Positions 22,893 to 36,431 are shown, numbered from the stretch's first letter. The stretch: 64,000 nucleotides of DNA from Marsupella aquatica (GCA_973895155.1 OZ316895.1:15320816-15384815), one strand, 5' to 3'. Program-made: numbers and translations. Notes: generated from the sequence alone by a model not told the origin.

Positions 22893-25800
22893 ATGGCGGG
22901 TCCTGACAAAGATTCGTCCTCTGCGAAACACCCGGTGAGTTTGTGTGTTCAACTGAGGAAATAACGCCAGCTAATTTACAAGACAATCCAATTCTTTAAT
23001 GCAATTCAGAGATATGATGGAATCGTTGCTTGCCTTAAAGATTTTTTCTTTGTTCCTTTTGACGAAGAGCTGAACAATTTATGCTCCCCGAGGATAAAGA
23101 GCATTACCAACCTTTGTAACAGGTTACGTTAAATATAGAATTTCATGAGATACCACAGGATGGTGACACTCTAGGAGCCGGTATTGTGTTTTATTCACAA
23201 ATGGATGATTGACCCCAGGACAGGACCGATTTTTGGGAATGTTTTGGCGGCCATAGAAGGCCAAAGCCTGACCCCCAAGTTGAAGGAGGGCTCTACTCAT
23301 CACGCTCGGATCGTAGTGGGTCACTGATGGGAGCTTCCTTTGTGTAACAGACCAGTAATGTTGATAACACCTTCCGCAGAAAGTGGAATAGAGAGGAGTA
23401 TCTTGAACGTGCACGTGAGGCTGAGAAGGAGGTAAACGTCTTTGGCCTGTGCATTCATTGAAGTTTTGTGGTTTCGCGACCCTTGCAGAAAGGCATTGGT
23501 GCCATTATACATTTCTGCGTAATATCATGCTCTTATTGGCGGCCTTGGTTTTCTACAATTTTGGCAGGAAGAAGATGAGAGAGAAGGACGAAAAGGTGAG
23601 AGATTTTATGATGATGCTTACTTGTTTGAGTGTCTACTGGTCACCTTTTTCTCCATTCACCAGAGCTCAATTTGTTGGCATCATTGTTTGTTTATGTTTG
23701 GAAATGGTTGTTGTGCACTTCTCTCTGGGTTTGAGTGACCCTTATGCGCTGGATAGTTAACAGGATTTTCACCTACTGTGCAGTTAGGGGTCCTCCAGTT
23801 CAAAGAAAGCCACTGAAGCATCGTGATTATGAGGTCGATCTCACTTCTCGTTTGGGAAAAACTCAGGTTTGACCCATTTCTCTGACCATGGATGTTTCAG
23901 GAGCTGATTCGCTTGTGATGAATGAGTAATATTTTCGTCCGGGTGTTTTCTGCTTTTTTCGTTGTCTGTGGAATATAGAAGTGTCTGAGCTGGGTACTGT
24001 ACTTAAAAACCTACGTTGATCAGGAAAAACAACCTTTGTACTTGGCTTGTCGCGTTTTGGTTGAAGACCATACATTTCGTTGTACTTGAGCTTTCTATTG
24101 ATGACTTCAGCTTATGAAAACATCTTGGACGCTTTGATCGCATCGCAACGTGCAAAAGCTTTTTAAGTCCGTTCTTATAACTTGGAAATATGTCCTCGGC
24201 TTTACCGTTAACGTCGTAGCTCTCGTTTCCTACTCCATTGTTAATATCCAGCATAGTAGTTATCTTTAGTTTCTCCCACTCCTGAAGCATATATGAAGTA
24301 TAGGAATGCCAAGTCTGTCATCTGTAGAAGGGGTTGATTTTTGTGAGGTGTTTATTCTTTTAAAAAAATCAAAAGGAAATTTAAGGGGAAATCTGTGGAG
24401 CCCCACAGAAAGGGAACAGTCATTCATAACATTTAAACCCAAGACCCTATGAGTCGCTATTCAAGTGAGCTACCGCACAGCTATGCCTCGCTGGGCTGAG
24501 GTGTTTATTCTTAAAATGCTTGTCGCTTTCATGGCAGGATCAATATTATTCTAACTTGCTATCCCTTTTTTTTTGGTTTGGTTGCTATGTCAGGTCGTGA
24601 CTCAAGTGGCACCTTTAAGCCAGCAGGTAATTCTCTGTTCTGACATAACCATGAAGTCCAGTTTTTGAGTTGGAGTTGCCTTTTTCTCATATCACAGCTG
24701 TCTTGTCGATTTAGCTCACGCTCTTAACAATTGGTGGTTTCCTTTGGCAGGCTGGCTATTTCTGTCCTGTCTGTGAATGTGTTGTTAAGGATTCTGCCAA
24801 CTATCTAGATCACATCAATGGGAAGAAGCGTAAGCATCTATCATACTGTCACCAGGTTTCAATATGCATCGACTTATTTGCAAACATTGAAGTGGCAAGC
24901 TAGACAGAGTGAATATTCCTGTTGGTTTTATTTTCATGCTCAAGAAAGTATTGTGATCTTAAAGCTTCAAGGGTTTCCACTGGTAATCGTGTTATGCCAG
25001 TTGCATCTAAATTCAGTCTTCAAAGTTGTCCCCTGTCGACGTTAAGATGTTTTTGCTAAGAAAGTAGCATATGAGACCATATGAAAAATTGCTTGGAGTT
25101 TGACTGATGTCTAACCTTGGCTAATAATTGTTTGCAGACCAAAGAGCCCTTGGCATGTCCATGCGTGTGGAGAGGGCTACACTGCAGCAGGTAAGTCAAG
25201 CCAGTGTTACGAATCCTCTTCATTGGCAGTGTAACGCTTTCAATCATTTTCAGAGTCTGTTTCTTGATACATTTTATACCATTTGCTCTGATGAAGTGCA
25301 GGTCCAGGAGCGTTTTGGCTCTCTCAAGAGAAAAAAGGAGGCTCCAGGCTTTAGTGAACAAGGTCAAGTCATACGTTGTCCTCAGCAATTATTTATTTCA
25401 TATGTTTCCAGAATATCCCCCTGTTGCAGTTGCGAGAATATTGAATCTGTGTACCAGCCAGATTAAGTCTTGATTGCAGACTAGACTGCAATCAAGAGGT
25501 TGCCCTTTCTAACCGGTTTCCGTAGAGGGAGGAGAATCCTACATGTGTTAACCGACTAAAGCAATTCTGGCTGCAGACCTGGACATGAGGATACTAAAGC
25601 AGCAACAAGAAGAGGAGGAAAGGAAGAAGCAAAGAAAAGAAAAAAAGCGAGAGAAGAAGGTGAGTTATTCATACTGATGTGTAGCAATCCCGTGTTGAAA
25701 TGTTTTAGAGATCAAACAAACGTTTCACCTCTCAGAGATCTGAGAACATCAATCAGGCAATTGTTGCAAGGACAGTTGTGAGAGTTGTGGTGGATTTGAG

Positions 25801-26030
25801 AGTCCATTTTGTAATAGTAAAACAGGTGATCCATACCCCTAACTGTATTATTTGTGAGAAAAATGCAGAGATTAATTGTAGTAGCGGTGGACGCGTCCAC
25901 GGTGAAGCGCTCACACTGCTTGTGATTTGTGCAGAGGGATAAAACGTCTGGTGAGGAGGTTGTGGATGAATTTGACATGGACATGGCTGCTACGATGGGT
26001 TTTGGAGGTTTTGGTACATCCAAGAAGTAA
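22893..26030 (+). CDS. ZMAT2: Zinc finger matrin-type protein 2 (Snu23 homolog, spliceosomal B-complex)
   Basis: About ten short exons, poorly shown by the ORF track, give [94 protein letters not shown] and [15 protein letters not shown]. Confidence 0.93.
24360..24496 (-). mobile_element. tRNA-derived SINE, family A copy 2 (ZMAT2 intron)
   Basis: Flanked by exact 16-bp TSD TGAGGTGTTTATTCTT (24344-24359 and 24497-24512). Head GCCCAGCGAGGCATAGCTGTGCGG...GGGTTTAAAT has A/B-box-like motifs. Homologous to 569-712. Confidence 0.85.
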
Positions 26031-26396
26031 ATGGCGCAGGGTGACTGTGTATGCCTCTGATGAAGTAAGCGTGCAGATCTTATGGTTCAGGGGAGGCAGT
26101 TCAGGGAGATAAGTGATGCGTAAATTTATGAATGTGGTTTTCTTCCATGCACCAATCGTATCGAAACGGATGGTTCCAGGAAGCAAAGCCGAGGCTGGTG
26201 GTGGTGTCAGTTTATGATTGAATCCATATGGGCTTCTTGTTAAAAGTGGCCCAGTTTCGGAGTGATGACACATAGGACTGCACGACTGGCAGGACAATGC
26301 GATGAGACCCAGTTTAGAAAGCAGTGTCATTATTGTAGCAATAGTGTTCGGTTCCGTCTTATATGCCAGATTGAGAGACCCCTGTAACCTTGCGGG

Positions 26397-26512
26397 CTTC
26401 AGTTCCCTGCCATCCAAGATAGCCTTGCCTTCACGTTGGGTGATTTTCAAGGACTTCAGTCCCCTGCCATCCAAGATTGTCTTGCCTTCACGTTTTGGAT
26501 GATTTTCAAGGA
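26397..26512. repeat. 57-bp tandem duplication
   Basis: CTTCAGT.CCCTGCCATCCAAGAT..CTTGCCTTCACGTT..G.TGATTTTCAAGGA x2. Confidence 0.9.
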
Positions 26513-27799
26513 ATTGACTTAAATGCGATGTTCCGGGAGATTCAGCTCCTCTAGCCGTCTCTGCACATGTCGGATCTGATTCTTATGAACAATACGAAAG
26601 ACTGCCGTCACTAGTCTCAAATTTCCATTCAGACCTTGCACTCCCTGCACTGGTGACTAGATATATAAGAAATTCTTGGTTTCCGCACACGATTCATGCA
26701 GTGTACATATACCTTATAGAGGGGTTTTCACTTACAGATTTGTAATATAGTACGGACCTGTTAGCACTTATAAAAAGTGCACACAAACACACACAAAAAT
26801 ACATTGGAAAAAACGGGAGAAATGGTCTGCTTTGCAATTACACCAGGTTTGCACTTATGATGCCGTTCAGCAAAGGCAGATGTACGTCGCCTCGTATAGG
26901 AACACCATAGAAGTGAAGTGACGAACAAGTTTGCCCAGAAAATATCTAACTATTAAAACTTCGGGGCCTGATTGAAGATTTTGAGGTTTTGGGACATCTC
27001 TATAATTCACAAAAAATTTCAATACTATTCTTTAGCATTTTATGTATCACTTTCAATCTATACATTGTCTTTTAAAAGAAATTCAAAGGTCAGTGTACAT
27101 CATTCAGAAAAATTCACATAAACCAACCCCTAGAAGTTTATTGTCATTTTGTCCTTGTCGTAATTTTACTCTTCAATTATATCTGCTACAGTGAACCCAC
27201 CGTCCAGGGCAGCGGAAACATACATCCGGGCAGTGGGTTTCTCGTTCAACTGACCAACGCCCACTGGCGTAGGCAGCTGATAATGGATTTGGGCACTAGA
27301 TTTTTACTCACGTGCCCCATCAACAATTGCACAATTTAGTTGTCTGCTGGTTGATTGGGTTGGACGCAAAAGGGGAAGGCGGATTTGGAGTGAGTTCCTA
27401 GGATGCCACCACAGTTGAGTTTGCACTATCTTGACAACAATAGAAACCTATTGGCCAAAAGAGGTAAGCAATCATTGGCGATGAGTAAGATCCTCAATTC
27501 AAAGCACCAAGCATACCTGGGAACTGGTAGGCAAAGCTATTAACACTACCGATTTACTTGGAAGTGCATTACCACCCAAGAGACTCACTCCACGCCATCG
27601 ATTTGTTCATTGCCCTGGCCATTTAAGTGCAATGGGCGGCACGCAGTTGAAGTAGAAATCATCCATCTTGCTGCCCAAAACAATCCATACTGAAACATCA
27701 CCCAACCTTATCAGTACACTAGCCTCATGCTCCCATGCCTATCCTTACTCACAAGCATAGTCTAAAGATTTCTATTACCAGAGATATTAAGGTAAAGTG

Positions 27800-28503
27800 T
27801 GGTCTATGATTTATGATAGTAGACTGGATCACCCAAATATAATATAGATTGGTTTTGCTCTACGTAGGAGGTCATGAATAGTTAGACTTGGGTCACAAAT
27901 TATAATATTATAAGGTAGTGATTTTAAAAACAATTGCTGTATGTAGGTCATGAATATTTAGACTTGGATGACAAATTCTAATATTATAAGGTCATGATTT
28001 AAATAAAAATTCCTGCCTACGGTTTCTCATTACAGAGTAGGTCATGAATACTTCCATGGTTTCTCTCTCCAGAGTAGCTCATCAACAGTTCCATGGTTTC
28101 GCTCTACATGACTCCTGAACATTATACTTGGATCACGAACTATGATATAAATAAAGTATCAATTTAGAGCAGTTTGTCAGAGTGGGTGTAGACTTCGATC
28201 TCCAATTATAATATAGATATAGATAAAAGTATATCAGTCACAGTGGGTGGGTGAAATTTCATCGACTTGTGGCTGAATTCTGTATCGACTTGTGGTTTTG
28301 ATAATATAGAGAAATTGCATCGACTTGTGGCAAGTATTAATTTTAATTTAGAAAGGTTTGTCAGTGTGGTGGGTGAAATAGCTTCGACTTGTGGCTGAAT
28401 CCTATATCGACTCGTGGGACACTGCCAAACAACAATGGGTGGGTGGGTGAAATTGCATCGACTTGTGGCTAAATTCTATATCAACTTTTGGCACACTGCC
28501 AAA
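27800..28503. repeat. Composite degenerate repeat block with two unit types, probably non-autonomous transposon sequence
   Basis: 27800-28230 repeats GTAGGTCATGAATA..TAGACTTGG....CAAAT..TAATAT. 28243-28503 repeats GGGTGAAATTGCATCGACTTGTGGC, with about seven TCGACTTGTGG-like cores. Confidence 0.7.
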
Positions 28504-28940
28504 GAGCAAATACATATCACCCTGCCAGAAAACCGCACTGTAAGGTGCTCAGCTGGGCTTGGCCAGGTGAACTGACATAAATCTATACGATCTCCAGCTG
28601 AGAGAATCGAATCCGACTGTGCATGACGACTGTACCTTCTGAGAACATGGGATGTACCGTCACCTGCTACAGACCTGCCGGAGATGGTCTAGCTCATGTG
28701 CCCACTGTTGCCAACTACCATCGGTTGAACTCCATCGATCAGTGGCCAATGTCTTGACTGGGGTCATGACCCTCCTCGCTGCAGTGATCACACTCCTGTC
28801 TGTATTCTAGTTTCCACGCAGCAGAAATCCAACGTCCAATCTAGACTTCTACAACTTTGGGACTTTATTTGACAATTTGCTTTTCAGCTACTTGTGATCT
28901 GTCTAGGGGCAGAAGACCGAGGAAGGTGTTCCAAGAACAT

Positions 28941-29047
28941 GGTTCTACTCCATCAATGCCAGGCAGCACGTTAGTTTGAGGTCAAACTTGAACGGGTTCT
29001 ACTCCATCCATGCCAGGCAGTACGTTAGTGTGAGCTCAAAGTTGAAC
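28941..29047. repeat. 54-bp tandem duplication
   Basis: GGTTCTACTCCATC.ATGCCAGGCAG.ACGTTAGT.TGAG.TCAAA.TTGAAC x2. Confidence 0.9.
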
Positions 29048-30500
29048 TTCATGCAAGACAAATGGGAGGGACGCGAAGGATTAAGAAATTGGTACTCGCC
29101 GAACTGTTCCTCGTTTCCGACCGTGTTTGTTGTAGTGGACTGTAGCTCACATTCCCCATAATTGACGCCACAACCCCACGTCTTAGACGATCGCTTGTAG
29201 CTGAGGTTCGAAGGCGCTCTCTGCCATAACCGAATATAGTGCCCTCAACGACCATAGAGAGTCCATTTGTCGTAATGAAATTGGGTGTTGAAGCTCAAAA
29301 CATTTAGGATCCACAAAGGAAGGCAAAGTCTCGGAATCACAGTAATTGCTGCTTTCTGCTATCCGCGACACATTCACTGGTCCTTATATATTACAATGTA
29401 TCCGTGACTGCCTGCGATGTATACTGTCGATGCAAAAAACCTTTTCGACTGAAAAGAAGAACCAACGCAAATCGGACGAGAAAGAAGCCGGAAGTCTGTT
29501 GTAAGCGCTTTATTGAACATAAGAGGTAAGACAGACAGTTGGTAGGCAGAGGCGAGGCTGGTTTTCTCTTCGCCCTCGCTTTGCTTCGCTAGCTATGGTA
29601 TCTTACGTGCAGCAGCGGGCCATTGTACATGAATGCCTGCAGCTGCTGTCCTCCTTCCTGTAATGTAACCGGGGCCTCGAAATGGCACGGAAGTGTCCCG
29701 ATTTCGTGACACAGAACGACAGAATCACGTCGGTCCGTCTTGTAGTGTAATGCGTCTGGACAAAGACAGGGATCGTCTTCACAGGTCTCCACCTCTGGGT
29801 CACTGTTCGAATGACAACGAACGGTTGAAACAGTTCGTCGACAAGAGCTCCGAAACTTAAGCTCAGGGACAGGAGCTCGTCACTCAGATGAACGCCCAGA
29901 GGTTAGGACGTGATTTTAAGTCGAGCGGTCCCCTCCGAATGTGGCTGCAAAGATCTCACATTTTGTACACAAATGGAAATTTTGGAACAGACCAAATTGA
30001 ACTATAGAGATACAACCAAGAGATGTAAAAATCTTGGGATTCATTTTGGTACCCAAGTTGTTAACCTGTTTCTGGCAATTGAACTTGAAGATAACCAAAA
30101 TATGTAACAATGTTCTTGGCAAGCAGTTAGAGATCAGTGTTCAAGAGGGAAACCTGTTTTTCTTTTGGTTCTGCTGACCTGCTTTGCCACCGTAGATCCA
30201 GATTGAGCTGAGCAAGGTTCACGAGTGTATGAACAATCCTCTTAATACGTGACGGCTGAGGTGTTCCAAGTTCAGATTCCCTATAATCAAAGCATTGCCT
30301 GCCTTGTATGATTAAAGGTGGGGTGTAGCTCCAAATGTGGTCGAGTTGACAGCTGCTAGCCGTTGGGTCGATCCTTCATGCTCCTGGACAATTCAGAAAG
30401 AGCGGCACATGCGTATGACCATTCTTGGCATCCGGGGGATTTCGTACATCAAGATTGCAGGCAGGCAATGCTGTTCCAACACTTCGAAGACTAGCTGCTG

Positions 30501-32907
30501 TCAACCTTGAGAACAAAATGACCTCATAAGTTTTACAGGAATCCGACTGGATTCATCGGTTGCCACCGTTCGGCAAGTCAGGTAGTCTGACCTCAGACTG
30601 CGACCAAAGAGTGATCGGAAATAGCTCAATCTCTTCAAACCCTCTTTAGAACCTTTGGATGCCAACTGTACTTCTTTTCCAGATAGGCTCGAGACACTGC
30701 GGGTCACCCGTCTTCTGGACCGAACCGGTATAGTAGTGGAAGTGTCCGCTGTACTGGAAGATGAGTATTGTCTTTCTAAAGTGGGCCGATCGTCGAAGTC
30801 ATTGACCGAAACTCGGTCCATGGAAAGAATTCCCTGATCCAGTCGCTGCTCTTTGATAATCCTCAACAGTTTTGCTGCCTTGTCTTGAATTTTTGGGTTG
30901 GATCCAATGAGTGCCATTTCCACTAGAGAAGGCAGAATTCCTTGTGCAAACACGGCCTCTCTACGTACAGCCATCTTCGCAGAAAGGGCCAGTAGGATGA
31001 TCACCGTCTGCTCCTTGCAAGTCTGCGAAAATGTGCCTCGCTTGAGAATTTGGAGAAGCACAGAGCAAGACTGCTCTTCGGCTGTGATCGTCTCTTTCCC
31101 TTCCCTGTCGTGAAAGAGATGGCTCAATAAGATCACAGCTTTCTCTGCAACTTCTTTTGCATCCCTCAAGATCACTTTGTAGAGTGGGCTGATGACTCCC
31201 GCTTGCGCTATGATTGCACGGTTGCCTTTGAATATAGACAGATTTAAGAGAGCTCGCACAGCATCGCTCCGGCCTTGTGTGGTTCCATTGGTGAGAATGT
31301 CAGACAAGTAGATGATGGCCCCCGAAGCTCCAATTCCAGGCTTCAGCTGATCTGAGGCAGCCAAGCTCAAGATGACAGTCGTGGCACTCTCACGAACGGA
31401 TGTAGTCGACTCGGGTCTCATCAAACGAACCAGAATTGGGATACACCCACAATCTGCCATTTGCTGCTTATTCCTGAGTACAATACATATCAATCAAGTT
31501 GACAATCATCAGAGTTCATTTTGAATACTTACAACTTTGCTCGGACGTCAAATTTCATTCATGTAATACTACTCAAACTCAAACTTTTGACTAGTTTCAG
31601 GCCGTGAACTCTGTCTGTATATGTAAATATTCTCAGGCTAATCTCAGGCCCTCACTTTAGCTAATCTGATTAATTTCTTGAGCGACTCCACAGGAAACGT
31701 CCTGGAGCAAGAAAATAATAATTGACTGTTCTCCCCTATTTTGTTTTGTAAAACCTATGATCAGAATCAAACACAGGAAACTAAGAACAAGAGATGACAG
31801 GAGAGACTCTTTCAAAAACGCCATGTAAAATTTATTCCCTGGAAACGTTTTATCAAGTTGTTTACAAATGAGATTTCTAAGCTCAGCGTGTACACTAGTT
31901 GAGGACGAAACCAAACAGAAACACCAATCATCTTGGAGTGCGATTCGTCAATTTACGTTAACAATATTTCTCCACATGGATCTATTTTTCTACTATATGA
32001 AGGGAAATGTTAAATCCACTCCAAAATTTTGACTAAATTCACCCCCAATAACTTAAATCACCCCATCTCATTACATACGCCAAAATCTGCACATCGATGA
32101 GCCTGCTACATCAATGGCTAAGATTGTTTTGGGTTGGATTTTTTCCGTAACTAAACGAATCCGAGAGCGATTGCGAACTGAATTGTGAATCAAGTAGAAG
32201 GATCACAGCACTAAGCTGCCAATTAGCAAAATCACCTACAAATGATCAATGAATGAAGTCAAATATATGCTACATCAGATCAAGTATTACGTAGCTTCGA
32301 ATGTTTTCCAATTTTATTTGATCTCATTTGAGCTTAGTAATTGCTCTATACACAGGATGAGGCACACGCAGATATATACAGGAAATATTGAGGCGAGGAC
32401 CTCTCAGCGAGATCTGGATTGCCAGCCCATTTGAGATCAACATTCATCATCGTTACACACAAAACTAAACTAAAAAAAGAGTTACATGTGCCAGAAGGAA
32501 ATGAACTTTCCAGGATTTACTGGCACGAGGGTCAAATTTGCGAATGCAATCGAAGTACAGACTCACCTGACTGAGCCGATAGCTAAGTTGAGGAGAGCTA
32601 CGGTTGCCATGTAGCAAATGCCCATGTCTTCCTCTTGCAGAAGGTTTACCAGCGGAGGGATCGCCCCTGCTCTCCATAGATCCTCTCTCGCTTGTGGACT
32701 GTTCCGGGTAGCTTCTCGGATTGCCGTTGCAGCTAGTAGTCTTATAGTGCCTCGTGGATCCCTCAGTCGCTTCACAACACAATCATACTCGTCTGTCGTG
32801 GACGACCTTGTCGTGAGAACTCTGGAGTTATCCTCAATGCCCAGGCGCTTCCCTCTCGCTAGCAGATCTGCCATCACCAGAAGCTTTAGTACCACTGAGT
32901 AGCCCAT
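30501..32907 (-). CDS. Armadillo-repeat protein with PUB-type ARM repeats, no U-box visible; start uncertain (ATG 32907 or 32874)
   Basis: Two exons (to 32567, and 31473-30501) join in frame. They give AATAIREATRNS..AGAIPPLVNLL..ATVALLNLAIG..RNKQQM..GCIPILVRLM..GASGAIIYL..GRSDAVRALLNLS..AGVISPL, which are typical plant ARM repeats. Confidence 0.88.
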
Positions 32908-33118
32908 CGTCAAACTTTGCTGCTTCGTGTTGACCTCGAAGACATTAATCACTCAGGAAATACAACTCCTGCTAGGACATAACTTTTGGACCCAGGCTAG
33001 AAGACAGAAAGTCATGAAAAACTCTAGTCAAAAGACGACTTGCTGTTTGACGAGTGGACGACCTGCGGCACAGCAGCAAGGCATGCGAAAAATCACGAAA
33101 ACTTTTAAGTGATCCAGG

Positions 33119-33448
33119 TCAAAGACGTCTTGCATGTTTGGAGGAACGTCCCGGGGCGAAGCAGCAAGGCACGCAAAAGATCTGGATAGCCTTCTCATGG
33201 AGCCAACTAGGATCCATGCTGCATTTATGCATACCCTCCATGATACTCTGACGATTTCTGAGGGCAATGGGCGATAACCTCGTCTCGGACGTTATCAATA
33301 GGTACTCAACCTTGAGCCAGAGTTTTTCCCTGGACTTCGACTCACGGGCACTGCGTGGCATTGAAGGAGCAGATTTGGAGTGAGGAAGCTGGGCTTCTGA
33401 GCTCTTAGGAGAAGGAGATTTCTTTTGCTTCGGGTGCACCTGCCCCAT
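33119..33448 (-). other. 109-aa ATG-initiated ORF directly upstream of the ARM gene (uORF or alternative first exon)
   Basis: MGQVHPKQKKSPSPKSSE..., S/K/P-rich, on the same strand as the ARM gene. No recognisable domain. Confidence 0.3.
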
Positions 33449-35672
33449 GGCCTCGTTACCAATCAGGAACCAAGCACCAACAACACCGAGAACTCACATC
33501 GATTGATTCAGGACATCCAAACTGTCACGGAGTATGGATCTAGTGCCAACGACAGCAGATCCAGAATAGAATCACCTCCAGTGAGGCAATCCGTTGCGTT
33601 CATCTCATGGGAATGAGGGTGCCAATGTACACTCTCGGAAATTCCCCGCTGAAGCGAGCGCAATTCCGAGATAAAGGTTCCCTGCACTCCAATTAGTCGC
33701 AGGAAATCCTTATGCGCCTACAGTAACTAATTTACGGATATCGGCTCTGCATGTCGGCGTTACGCAATGCCAACGGCGTGAGTCGTTGCGTACAGTACAA
33801 AAGCGGGCCATAGTCGCGACGCGACATGGAAGGTGTCTCATCTGTTGTCGGTGGCTACTCCAGCTCCCTGGAAATCTTCCGAGCAGAACGCTGAGAACAC
33901 CCGGGAGTAAACAGGGAATTGATTGAGTGTGGGGCAGCCAGCTGAGGACGGAGCACTTGACTACAGTGCTAGACTGTTATCAATTGGGCCGACAGCCAGA
34001 GAACAGACTCTTGCTGCTGGCGACATTGTTCCAGAAGAAAGCCACAGTAGGTCTTGAGACCGACTGCCTCCCATAACTTACACTCCTAGCAACCGCGAAG
34101 GCCACAGCGATGAGCTTCCCGCAGTCAATCGCGCAACAATGGTCTTCAATCAAGTTTTTCTTGACAACCGTCAAGCGAGTGGGAGAGTGACTGATTGGAT
34201 CCGAGGGGATCCTTCCCAGGTGGAGAGATCCTTCCGAGGTAGAGATCGAAAGTACTTTCTCCTGCTGGGTTTCCTCCCCGCACGGTGGTTCCTTTTTTCT
34301 ATGAACTGTTCGTCTTTATGTTTCTAATTAAACTTGGGTTTTCAAAGCGAAAACTAAAACACCAGTACTCTCTCCGCCAGGTTTCACGGAACACAGAAAG
34401 TCGTGGTCATCCCTGCCCTGCCCGCTGGGCGTGGCGTGGCTTCCAACGACAGCATCACGGGCCCAGAGCCAACTGAACCACTGCTTAGACGCCCACAGCG
34501 GCACAGCCTGTCGACTCTCGAAGGCTTCGTTGGAAAGAAGGGTCTCTGTAGTCTGTAGCTGCAAAAGCTACTTACCTCTGTGGCTCCCTAGCATCTGCGA
34601 AGGCGTGGCACCGTAACTGACAGTTTTCTCTCGTCTCGATACTGTTGTTTCAGATCATGTCGCAAAGACTGGAAAAAAACATGGCAGTCGTCGCCGGGCA
34701 GTGGCCGGAATAGAATACTATCACTAAAGTGCTGAGCTAGCACCGGGCACATTAAAAAACTCGTGAAATATTCCAGATGCTTTCCTACGAATACTCGATG
34801 AGTCGATGAGCTGATTCATCGGTTGGAGGAATCACGGTCATTCATGGCTGCTTTGTAAGGTAGTGCCCACGCATGCGGCCCATTTCACGTTTGCAGCATT
34901 TGTATCTGACACTCGAAAGAAAACTCCTTCTCAATTGATGATTCTCACATGGGACTTGTCTGGAGATCGTCGTGAGGCCAGTGATTGCTACTGTCTCTCT
35001 AGTCATGGGAAAAGGGCAACGCAGCAGCACAGCCTTCCATACTGCTTCGGGATTGTCCCTCGCGGTAAGTGTCCGAGCAAGGCAGGATAAAAATAAGTGG
35101 CTTTGATCTCTAAAAAGCTGCTGCATTAGTCAGCAACGTCTCCCTCGCGAAAATCTTCGCACGTACGGTCACCCCCTAAATGTGAAATTGAGTATTTCCT
35201 GGTAAAAGTTTGGAAAGTCTTAACTAGGCATTGATATTAAGCATAGCTGACTACCACCATACTGTCCCACATTCGCACCACCATGCAGCTTTCTCTTTCT
35301 GGCCTCGAAAAAACCAATTGAAATTCGCCAAGCAGGTTTCTCGTGCTGATCGGATCCCTCACTCAGCCAGGACTTGAACTCTCAGCCGTCAGCAAGATTG
35401 TGACAAATTCAGTAATTACACGAAAGGGTCACAGGGCTCAAATATCTTCCAGGACTAATACGGTACCGTGATCGCACAAGACAGGAAGGAGGATGCTCCT
35501 GCTGGCCCCATCAATCAGCTTACTAAGTAAAGCATGTAGACTCTGGGCCCTCTCGCTGCGGCAGACGGTGTACGGGGAAGGGTCAATTTTTTCCCTATCG
35601 AACTTTCACCGAGAGAAATTTGTGAGAGAGAGAGGAGTGTGAGGTGAAAAACCAACGACCGGCAATGAAACG

Positions 35673-36431
35673 CTACATGTACATACCTACAATAGATGCG
35701 CCCTCTCCAGGCCGTTGGAGCGGGTATCTACACGACTGGCTCGACTCGCATCCGGGTCCAATCGCTGAAGCATTTGGGCCATTGCGAGCCTGGCCGTTGC
35801 GGAGGCTAGCTACGACACCGAGATCGGTGTCACATCTGTCCACAAGGCGCATTCGGAAGCTCAAGCTCGTTTCCGGAGCTGAATCCTTGCTTCTGGGAGC
35901 AACAGCGACGCTCTCTGCAGCCGCAGCAGAAATGCTCTCAACGTACCCCACCACCTTTGCGGACGAACGATCCCCCTCCTGCTGACACTTCGTACTATTT
36001 TCTCGGCGAAGATCACTCCGAGACCGCGAGAGAACGTCCTGTACAATGCCAGCCAGCCCTTTGACCCGGTGCTTGGCGGGCTTCTTTTCTGTGACCTTTC
36101 CGTCTCCTGCTGTAGTGCAGCAATCATCGAATGAGGGAGGACTGGTAGGGGCCTGCAAATGATGCTGCAGCTGCAGCAGCTTCTGTTTGCTTCCACAGCT
36201 CTGGCACGGAAAATTTTCATGCTTCATAGGTGCCTCAACTGGTGAACTTTTGGGTGCATTTTGCTTCAAGATGAAAAGAGTCCAACCTTTCCGGGAAGAG
36301 GCCTTCGATGAAGCCTTTTTCTGGTGTTCCTGTGGAGTACCAGCACCACCTTTGGCGGGGGCTTCGGGGGCAGTCTTCCTGCTGCTCTTGGGAATGGTGG
36401 TGCTGCCATTCGGAACGACGGCCAGCCCCAT
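35673..36431 (-). CDS. Hypothetical low-complexity protein (252 aa from ATG 36431), possibly spliced onward at GTAG/GTATGT near 35687
   Basis: Longest unexplained ORF in the window, K/S/A/P-rich, with a possible acceptor (TTCTCAAATTTCAG) just upstream and a good donor near its end. No family recognised. Confidence 0.5.
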   Translation of the reverse strand: MGLAVVPNGSTTIPKSSRKTAPEAPAKGGAGTPQEHQKKASSKASSRKGWTLFILKQNAPKSSPVEAPMKHENFPCQSCGSKQKLLQLQHHLQAPTSPPSFDDCCTTAGDGKVTEKKPAKHRVKGLAGIVQDVLSRSRSDLRRENSTKCQQEGDRSSAKVVGYVESISAAAAESVAVAPRSKDSAPETSLSFRMRLVDRCDTDLGVVASLRNGQARNGPNASAIGPGCESSQSCRYPLQRPGEGASIVGMYM

